The notes under the pieces are model-generated. The model did no database searches, had not been told where the DNA came from, and saw only the letters and a program-made list of their open reading frames with translations. From Bacteroidales bacterium (GTDB lineage Bacteria > Bacteroidota > Bacteroidia > Bacteroidales > TTA-H9), in the NCBI GenBank assembly GCA_035411425.1, contig DAONSX010000004.1, positions 16,392 through 80,391 of the forward strand: DNA of 64,000 nt. Direction: 5' to 3'. Positions within the stretch are counted from its first letter, which is position 1; every line of letters begins with the position of its first letter. A program made the position numbers and the translations under genes. Positions 9,602-17,330 of the stretch are shown piece after piece.

Positions 9602-11038
9602 ATGAGAACAGAGAAGGATTTTATGGGGGAACTCCAGTTGCCGGACGATGCTCTTTATGGGATACAATCGTTGAGAGCTCGTAAGAATTTTCCGCATCAT
9701 TCTCATTTTTTTGAAGAATGGTATCGGGCGATGGGCATAGTGAAACACGCATGTTATCTCACTTATTTATCGTTTTGCAGAGCGGTACAGCAGAAGAATT
9801 TAGAATCACGTTTGCCTTCTCCTCTTATATCTTCTGAAATAATGGATGGGCTCGTTCAGGCTTCTATTGAGGTGAGTCGAGGTGAGCATTTCGAACATTT
9901 TATCGTTCCGGGAATAAGTGGAGGCGCTGGAACGAGCATCAACATGAATATCAATGAAATCATCGCCAACAGAGCGCTTATCATTTCGGGCCATTCAATT
10001 GGGGATTACCACTATATCGATCCTATACTCCATGCCAATATTTATCAGTCGACCAACGATACCGTACCGACTGCCTTGAAGATAGCCATGCTGAATTTGC
10101 TTGGACAGCTTGAGCAAGAGATTAATTTATTGCGAGCCGAAACGGAAAGATTGGAAACTGCTTCGCGAAATATTCTAAGAGTAGGACGCACACAAATGCA
10201 GGATGCCTCGCCTTCTTCGTATGGAATTTTATTTTCTACATATAGTGAGGCGTTTTCACGCGATTGGTGGCGTATGAGCAAATGTTTCGAACGCATAAAA
10301 TCGGTAAATCTGGGTGGCAGCGTTATTGGTACTGGCATTGGTGTGCCAAGGTTTTTTATCGTCGAAGTCATCACTCATCTTCAGACTTTGACGGGTTTAC
10401 CTTTGAGCCGCTCGGAGAATATGCCCGATGCAACTGCCAATCTGGATAGCCTTGCCGAAGTTCATGGAATTATAAAGGCTCATGCAATTAATCTCGAAAA
10501 AATTGCAAATGATATACGGCTGCTTTCGTCGGATATAGCAAGTCCGGGCGAGATCAGCATTCCTCAGAAGCAAATCGGAAGCACAATTATGCCAGGTAAA
10601 GCAAACCCTGTGATTCCCGAATATGTGATTAGCTGCGTTCATCATGTTTATGCCAACGATGAGGTAATTACTTCTCTGGTTGCTTCGGGCTGCCTCGACT
10701 CGAATGCTTACCTTCCTATCATTGGTCATTGCTTGATAGATAGCCTCAAGACCTTGATCTCGGCTAATAAAACATTGAAGGATAATTTGTTGAACGATCT
10801 GAAATTTCATCCCACAGTTGCTGCTCATAAAACTTGGAACAGCCCGGCGATCACTGTCGCCTTGAGTCCGTTCATTGGATATTACAAGGCTTCACAATTG
10901 GCTTGCGAAATGAAGAACACACATTGTGATGTTTTTACGGCTAACCAGCGGCTTCATCTGATAAACCCCGATAAACTAAAGGAAATTATGCGTACAGAAA
11001 ACCTCTTGAAACTTGGATACTCCCTCAACGAATTATAA
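9602..11038 (+). CDS. aspartate ammonia-lyase/fumarase class II family (lyase_1) protein
   Basis: N-terminus MRTEKDFMGELQLPDDALYGIQSLRA and SS-loop signature GSTIMPGKANPVIPE. The track start at 9593 is TTG; the ATG is at 9602. Confidence 0.85.
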   Translation: MRTEKDFMGELQLPDDALYGIQSLRARKNFPHHSHFFEEWYRAMGIVKHACYLTYLSFCRAVQQKNLESRLPSPLISSEIMDGLVQASIEVSRGEHFEHFIVPGISGGAGTSINMNINEIIANRALIISGHSIGDYHYIDPILHANIYQSTNDTVPTALKIAMLNLLGQLEQEINLLRAETERLETASRNILRVGRTQMQDASPSSYGILFSTYSEAFSRDWWRMSKCFERIKSVNLGGSVIGTGIGVPRFFIVEVITHLQTLTGLPLSRSENMPDATANLDSLAEVHGIIKAHAINLEKIANDIRLLSSDIASPGEISIPQKQIGSTIMPGKANPVIPEYVISCVHHVYANDEVITSLVASGCLDSNAYLPIIGHCLIDSLKTLISANKTLKDNLLNDLKFHPTVAAHKTWNSPAITVALSPFIGYYKASQLACEMKNTHCDVFTANQRLHLINPDKLKEIMRTENLLKLGYSLNEL

Positions 11039-11049
11039 TTCTTAATATC

Positions 11050-12279
11050 ATGATCAAAGGAAAAGAAGCCAGACTTCACATTGGCATTTTTGGGCGAAGA
11101 AACAATGGCAAAAGTACATTCATCAATTGTTTGTCGGGGCAGGAATTATCCATAGTGAGCGATATAGCCGGTACAACCACCGACCCCGTAACCAAAGCCA
11201 TGGAGATTGGAGGATTAGGTCCCGTGGTATTTATCGATACAGCCGGCATCGACGACAGCGGACCCTTAGGGCAGAAACGCGTGCAAAAAACCCTTGAAAT
11301 ACTCAAAACCATTGACCTGGCTATACTTCTTATTGCCGAAAATGCCTTCGGTGAACAGGAAGAATCTATTATACGCCAATTCAAAGAGTGGGATGTTCCT
11401 TTTATGATTATTCATAGCAAGGAAGATCTCATACCCATGAACAAACAGACTCTATCCTGGGCAAAAAATCAGCAACCCATTGCCATTGAGACTTTCAGCC
11501 CATCAGATTCGAACCATTTGCCTGCTATTATTCAGGCCATCAGTAAATCCATACCCGAATCGGCCTATAAAAGCCGCAGTTTGGTGGGTGATTTACTCAA
11601 TTATGGAGATGTAGTGATGCTTATTACACCTATCGATATCGAAGCCCCCGAGGGAAGGCTTATCTTGCCTCAGGTACAGGTCATAAGAGATATTCTCGAC
11701 AACGATGCCATAGCCGTGGTGGTAAAAGAAAGAGAAGCCGATGCCTATATTCGAAAAATGTCGCCTCAACCAGCCCTTGTCATCACAGATAGTCAGGTGT
11801 TTACGAAAGCTGATGCAATTGTCCCCAGAAATATTCCCCTAACGAGTTTCAGTATTCTTCTGGCTCGACAACGGGGCGACTTTCAAAATTATTTGAAAGG
11901 AACTCCCAAAATTTCACAATTGAAGGATGGTGAGCGTGTTCTTTTACTGGAATCATGCACACATCAGGTTTCATGTGATGATATTGGAAGAGTGAAAATC
12001 CCGCGCTGGCTCAGTAATTTTACAGGCAAAAAGATAGAATATGAGGTTGTATCGGGATTGGATAGCCTCCCAAGACCTATCACCGATTATGCCCTAATAA
12101 TTCAATGCGGAGGTTGCATGATTACCCGACGGCAAATCATCAATCGCCTGAAACCTGCCGTTGAAGCCGGAATACCCATCACCAACTACGGAATGGCTAT
12201 TGCATGGGTTCAAGGAATTTATCCACGAGCTATAGCCCCCTTTACAGGACAAACAGTGAATTATTCCGATTATCTTTGA
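11050..12279 (+). CDS. hydF: [FeFe]-hydrogenase H-cluster maturation GTPase HydF
   Basis: N-terminal GTPase domain (GIFGRRNNGKSTFINCL, DIAGTTTDPV, FIDTAGIDD) and a C-terminal FeS motif CTH-x46-QCGGC; 409 aa. Confidence 0.85.
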   Translation: MIKGKEARLHIGIFGRRNNGKSTFINCLSGQELSIVSDIAGTTTDPVTKAMEIGGLGPVVFIDTAGIDDSGPLGQKRVQKTLEILKTIDLAILLIAENAFGEQEESIIRQFKEWDVPFMIIHSKEDLIPMNKQTLSWAKNQQPIAIETFSPSDSNHLPAIIQAISKSIPESAYKSRSLVGDLLNYGDVVMLITPIDIEAPEGRLILPQVQVIRDILDNDAIAVVVKEREADAYIRKMSPQPALVITDSQVFTKADAIVPRNIPLTSFSILLARQRGDFQNYLKGTPKISQLKDGERVLLLESCTHQVSCDDIGRVKIPRWLSNFTGKKIEYEVVSGLDSLPRPITDYALIIQCGGCMITRRQIINRLKPAVEAGIPITNYGMAIAWVQGIYPRAIAPFTGQTVNYSDYL

Positions 12280-12298
12280 TAAAGAAAATCAATCGGCT

Positions 12299-15133
12299 AT
12301 GAAAATACCGACCATATCATTTTTTACAATCGGAATCTTTTTACTGTTTCCCCCTCCTCTCTCATTTTCTCAATCCGCTACTCTGGGCCCTGTTTCTCTT
12401 TCTCTGAAAAAAGGAATTGTGCTAAGATCTTTCACCGATACCAAAAATAGAGCCTTGACTCCTTCAACTTTGATACCTTTTTTTGCTTTCGATATAGATG
12501 ATCAGGTTGTCGATCCTCAGGAGTTTAAATGTTTGCAACAAGGTGATAGTCTTTATTTTAGAACCGACAAAATGGAAGGCTCAATGGTTTATATAAACTA
12601 CGACAAGGGAGCAAAATTCAGGCTGAGGATTCGCAATAAAGATAATGTAAAACATAGTGTTTCGAATGTTTTACCTTTTGGGAAAGATTCACAGAGTATT
12701 TATATTACGGGTGCCGGGAACTTTGAATGGCCTTATTATCTCAATCGTTCACAGCTTTTCAGACCTGGATATGGACCTATAGGGGTAGTTCTACCGGATA
12801 ATGCCTGGCATCTTGGATTTAGCGATATTCCCTTAGAAATCTCGAACAAGCGTCTTTGCGGCTTGGCAAGAAGAGCCGGTATAAGCAAGGGTAATTTTAC
12901 CAGATGGCACGCCGAACTCGAACCAGGAGGGGAGGTGATCTATCACCTCTGGCTCGACACCCACGAGGGAGAATGGCAAAATGGCTTGAAATTGATGTTT
13001 CAGGAACGTTATCTGTACGATCTGGATGACTTTAATAATTCGCTCTATGAGCGTCATGATCTATCTTGGATAAAATCTGCATGGATTATACTGCTTCAGT
13101 CGGCCTGGGATCACGAATGGTATGATGCGTTGATCCATCAATCTATTTATGAAGAAACACTTTCGAAATACGATCGGATGGTGGGTGGCTATGATGTTTT
13201 TGCGATATGGCCTACATGGCCTCGCCTTGGACTCGACCAGAGATCACAATTCGAGCTCTATGAAGATCTTCCTGGTGGATTGAAACAACTCAAACATCAA
13301 GCAGAACTCGCTCACGAAATGGGGAAGAAATACTTCCTTTCTTACAATCCGTGGGATAAACCTGAACAGGAAAAATTTCACAGGACCAATCTGAAGAAGT
13401 TGCTCGAACAAACCGATGCCGATGGTTTGGTACTCGACACAAAGGGCGAGTCGGACGCCTGGTTGCAGAATCTTGCCGACAGCGTAAAGCCAGGGATTAT
13501 CATGTATTCGGAAGGAATGGCCGTTCCGAAGAATATGACGGGAATAGTTGCCGGAAGAGTTCACGATGCACTCTATATGCCTCCCGTCTTGAATCTGAAT
13601 AAACTCATCAAACCCGATTTTGCCATATTTCGTGTTCTGCAAGTTGCCGACGGAGAGTTACATCGCGAAATTGCTGCGGCTTTTTTTAATGGATATGGAG
13701 TAGAAATCAACACCATGCGTCCAGGCAGGCCTGCTTCTCTGCAAGATGACCTCTTCTTTCTGGGTCAAACTACCAAAATTCTGAGAGACAACCAGAGTGT
13801 ATTCTTCAATTATAATTATTTACCCCTGATTCATACACAGATGGATAGCATCTATGTCAACAAATGGGAAACCGACGAAAAAATCATATATACCATCTAC
13901 AGTTTACGCCCTACTGGGTTCCGTAGCCCCTTATTCGGATTCGACGAATTGCAGGTCACCAATTCAAGCATCACAGAAGAACCTTATCATTTTGTCAGCC
14001 TTTGGAATCACGAAGAAATTCAAGCCGTAAAAATGGATGGGAAATATTATTTACCTGTGAATGTGGCTTCGTTCGATCGGGCCTTTTTGGGAACCCGAAG
14101 TGAGGCTCAAGTAGAATGCATAGCCGTTTTGCCTAAGCTTTTGGAAGTCGACCTGGAACACGATACTTTGTATTTTGGTTCTTCCTTCGGAAATCGCATC
14201 GAGATTACTGCCGGGAATCCATCTTATTCGAGCAGGACCTTCCCTTTCGACATGGGGAAAGGTTTTATTTCACTCTATGAAACCTTCGGGCGTTACGAAG
14301 GGAAAATCGTAATCCAGCTCTATGGAGGGAATGAATTATTAGACGAGAGGATTGTGAAAATCGACCCAGGAAGTCCAAGATTGATTGTTCGCCAAGAACA
14401 AACCAATAAACCAGCCATTGCTCCGGAAGATATGATTTTCATTCCGGGAGGGAGATATGATTTTGTATCCTATGATGATGAAGATGATGATGAACCTTTT
14501 ATTTCTTGTCCTTACCACAATGACACTCTTCATTTAATCATGAAATCCTTTTATATGGATAAATACCCTGTTACCAATCAACAGTTCAAAAATTTTCTCA
14601 AAAAAAGTCATTATTTTCCCGTTGATACCACGAACTTCTTGAGACATTGGAAGAATGGTGAAATTCCGTCGGGTATGGAAAATCATCCCGTTGTCTATGT
14701 GAGTTACCAAGATGCTAAAGCTTATGCCGATTGGACTGGGAAACGACTGCCTACGGAACAGGAATGGCAATATTCGGCTCAAGGGAGCAGCTTTAGGAAA
14801 TGGCCCTGGGGTGATACCTTCGATGCGAGCCGCTGTAATTTCAATGTTTATCATACTACAGCCGTCGATGCTTTTCCTGAAGGCATAAGTCCATTCGGTG
14901 TGATGGATCTGGTAGGCAATGTTTGGCAAATTACGGGCGATGTTTACGACAATGGGGCTTATTATTTCAATGTGATCAAGGGAGGCAGTTATTATAAGCC
15001 TGGCAAAAGCCAATGGTATTTGAAAGGAGGTCCTCGTCCACTTTCTCACTCTCAGATTCAACTTATGGTTGGCCCTTCGTTCGATCGTTCCTCTACGGTG
15101 GGATTTCGCTGCATAATGGATGCAATAGAATGA
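12299..15133 (+). CDS. secreted 944-aa protein: ~700-aa N-terminal region of unknown function fused to a C-terminal FGE/SUMF1 (formylglycine-generating enzyme-like) domain
   Basis: Signal peptide. C-terminal MDKYPVTNQQF, HPVVYVSYQDAKAYADWTGKRLPTEQEWQY, VGNVWQ, GGSYY and FRCIMD are typical of the FGE-sulfatase fold. The N-terminal part is possibly TIM-barrel/glycosidase-like (DADGLVLDTKGE), but this is unproven. Confidence 0.75.
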   Translation: MKIPTISFFTIGIFLLFPPPLSFSQSATLGPVSLSLKKGIVLRSFTDTKNRALTPSTLIPFFAFDIDDQVVDPQEFKCLQQGDSLYFRTDKMEGSMVYINYDKGAKFRLRIRNKDNVKHSVSNVLPFGKDSQSIYITGAGNFEWPYYLNRSQLFRPGYGPIGVVLPDNAWHLGFSDIPLEISNKRLCGLARRAGISKGNFTRWHAELEPGGEVIYHLWLDTHEGEWQNGLKLMFQERYLYDLDDFNNSLYERHDLSWIKSAWIILLQSAWDHEWYDALIHQSIYEETLSKYDRMVGGYDVFAIWPTWPRLGLDQRSQFELYEDLPGGLKQLKHQAELAHEMGKKYFLSYNPWDKPEQEKFHRTNLKKLLEQTDADGLVLDTKGESDAWLQNLADSVKPGIIMYSEGMAVPKNMTGIVAGRVHDALYMPPVLNLNKLIKPDFAIFRVLQVADGELHREIAAAFFNGYGVEINTMRPGRPASLQDDLFFLGQTTKILRDNQSVFFNYNYLPLIHTQMDSIYVNKWETDEKIIYTIYSLRPTGFRSPLFGFDELQVTNSSITEEPYHFVSLWNHEEIQAVKMDGKYYLPVNVASFDRAFLGTRSEAQVECIAVLPKLLEVDLEHDTLYFGSSFGNRIEITAGNPSYSSRTFPFDMGKGFISLYETFGRYEGKIVIQLYGGNELLDERIVKIDPGSPRLIVRQEQTNKPAIAPEDMIFIPGGRYDFVSYDDEDDDEPFISCPYHNDTLHLIMKSFYMDKYPVTNQQFKNFLKKSHYFPVDTTNFLRHWKNGEIPSGMENHPVVYVSYQDAKAYADWTGKRLPTEQEWQYSAQGSSFRKWPWGDTFDASRCNFNVYHTTAVDAFPEGISPFGVMDLVGNVWQITGDVYDNGAYYFNVIKGGSYYKPGKSQWYLKGGPRPLSHSQIQLMVGPSFDRSSTVGFRCIMDAIE

Positions 15134-15157
15134 CAATAGGATTTTTAAGTTATTTCC

Positions 15158-15165
15158 TACATTTG
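15158..15165 (+). promoter_or_regulatory. candidate -7 promoter box (TACATTTG)
   Basis: TAnnTTTG, 44 nt upstream of the ATG at 15210. Confidence 0.4.
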
Positions 15166-15209
15166 CGCTTTCTTAATGGAGAATACCTTCACTAAAATAT
15201 AAGAATTTT

Positions 15210-16412
15210 ATGGACTATTTGTCGAAACGTGTTAAAAACATGGAAGAATCGGCCACACTCGCTATGACGAGCAAAAGCCGTGAATTGGCCAGTCAGGGTT
15301 TAGATGTCATCAATCTTAGCATTGGTGAACCCGATTTCAACACTCCTGAATTCATCAAGGAAGCTGGCAAAAAAGCCATTGATGAAAATTACACTCATTA
15401 TCCTCCGGTCCCTGGTTATCAGGATTTAAGAGAGGCGATATGCATTAAACTTCGTCGAGATAACCAACTGGAATACAAACCCAATCAAATAGTAGTTTCT
15501 ACCGGTGCCAAGCAGGCTCTGGCCAATTGTATTCTAAGTACTGTCGATCCCGGAGACGAAGTTATTATCCCTGTACCCTATTGGGTTTCTTATACTGAAC
15601 TGGTTAAACTAGCTGAAGGCAAACCTATTTTTGTAAAAGCCACTGTGGATAACCATTTTAAGATTACTGCCAAACAATTGGAGGAAGCAATTACTCCTCG
15701 TACCCGATTGTTGATATTCAACTCTCCCAACAACCCCTCGGGTTCGGTTTATAACTGGCAAGAATTGAAATCATTAGCCGAAGTCCTGGCTCGTCATCCT
15801 CAGGTTCTTATCCTTTCTGACGAGATTTATGAATATATTGTTTTTTCGGGGAAACATTGTAGCCTGGCGTCTTTCCCCGAAATAAAAAATAGAGTGGCTC
15901 TGATCAATGGAGTATCGAAAGGATATGCCATGACAGGCTGGCGTTTGGGTTATATTGCCGCTCCTCAAAATATAGCGAGTGCTTGTAATAAGATACAGGG
16001 TCAAATTACTTCGGCAACGAGTTCAATAAGTCAACGTGCTGCAATTGCTGCCATGCTCCGGCATCCCGACGAAACTCCCGAACTCCAGCAAATGGTTTCT
16101 GCCTTCATCCAACGTCGTGATATCGTTTTGAATCTTCTGGCCGAAATCCCCGAAATAAAAACCAATGTTCCGGAAGGTGCATTCTATGTTTTTGCCGATT
16201 TTTCGGCTTTTCTTGCTAAATCTGACGGAAAGAAACAAATTCATAGTATAGATGATCTATGCATGTATTTGCTCGAAAAAGCCCTGGTGGCACTCGTTCC
16301 CGGAACTGCCTTCGGCGACCCACAGTGCCTGCGTATCAGTTATGCAACATCCGAAAATAATCTGGTAAAGGCTCTGCAAAGAATAAAAGAAGCGTTGGCC
16401 TTGTTGCATTGA
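15210..16412 (+). CDS. class I pyridoxal-phosphate aminotransferase (aspartate aminotransferase-like)
   Basis: INLSIGEPDF, NSPNNPSG and the SKGYAMTGWRLGY Lys motif; 400 aa. Confidence 0.9.
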   Translation: MDYLSKRVKNMEESATLAMTSKSRELASQGLDVINLSIGEPDFNTPEFIKEAGKKAIDENYTHYPPVPGYQDLREAICIKLRRDNQLEYKPNQIVVSTGAKQALANCILSTVDPGDEVIIPVPYWVSYTELVKLAEGKPIFVKATVDNHFKITAKQLEEAITPRTRLLIFNSPNNPSGSVYNWQELKSLAEVLARHPQVLILSDEIYEYIVFSGKHCSLASFPEIKNRVALINGVSKGYAMTGWRLGYIAAPQNIASACNKIQGQITSATSSISQRAAIAAMLRHPDETPELQQMVSAFIQRRDIVLNLLAEIPEIKTNVPEGAFYVFADFSAFLAKSDGKKQIHSIDDLCMYLLEKALVALVPGTAFGDPQCLRISYATSENNLVKALQRIKEALALLH

Positions 16413-17330
16413 TGCATTCGCCTCTGTTTTTAACCTTCATCTTTTGGAGGTAAAAACCCTCTTGTCATCTTCTTCGAATGCTTAAAATTTTTCAGAAATT
16501 ACTGTATCTGAAAAAAGGACGATCATTACCAAATTCGATATTTCTAAACTTTCAAGCCTAATCGATTGTTATTCCCAATTTACTCGAATGAGTCTATTCC
16601 TTTTAAATTTTAGGAAGATGGATTCATATTCCTTATCAAATATTATTAACCCACAAATTCTTGATGATTGATACCGGCATTTTTATACAGAAAAATCATT
16701 TGCCCAATGTGTGTCGATTTTTGTTTTTGAAATATGAACCGACTGAAAAGGATTAGAGCGCAAACCGAAGTCAGATGATCGCTGGTGAATTCAAAGTACG
16801 GGAATTTATCAGTAATTACCGCCAATGAGGATATCTATTTGAGGAAACCAATCTATTCAGAACCGGGCGGAAATATTCACCCGATCACAATATCTCGAAC
16901 TGTGAATGAGCCTGATGGAAGTTTTCTTATCATTATCGTTGCGAATTTCAGAAGATTTTTTCTTATTCTCATCATCCATTTTTCCCAAAGTTGAATTCCT
17001 GAGATGCACAATAACATAGAACATCCTATAGCTCTGAAGGGGAAAATAGCAAAATATTCCATAGTATATATGATGTAGATATATATTAGCTTATGGTACG
17101 ATCATCTCCTGATCCAAGGATGAGAGTTATAGGTTTCCATCTGATGATAGAATTTGCTGAGAAATCCTTTGCAAATGATTAACAATCTGACAATTCCCGA
17201 AAAAACTATTGTTGGTGTTGTGGTAGTTAGAAAAATTATATTAATTTAATACAAGATTCAAACTGAATTCAACCAAATCGTTTATTTTTACACTGTAAAT
17301 CCATCAATTATTAACTAATTAATATTCAAC

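Noticed and set aside
14534-15136. 200-aa antisense ORF, and similar long shadow ORFs (10397..10828, 13244..13642, 41711..42214, 47599..48045, 48259..48786, 55978..56499, 58578..58970)
   Set aside because: Each lies entirely inside a strongly motif-supported gene on the opposite strand and has no recognisable motif. These are typical antisense shadow frames.
16785-17062. 69-aa (plus) and 61-aa (minus) ORFs in the 918-nt gap
   Set aside because: They overlap each other on opposite strands and have no signal peptide, motif or promoter box. I report the region only as a possible decayed gene.
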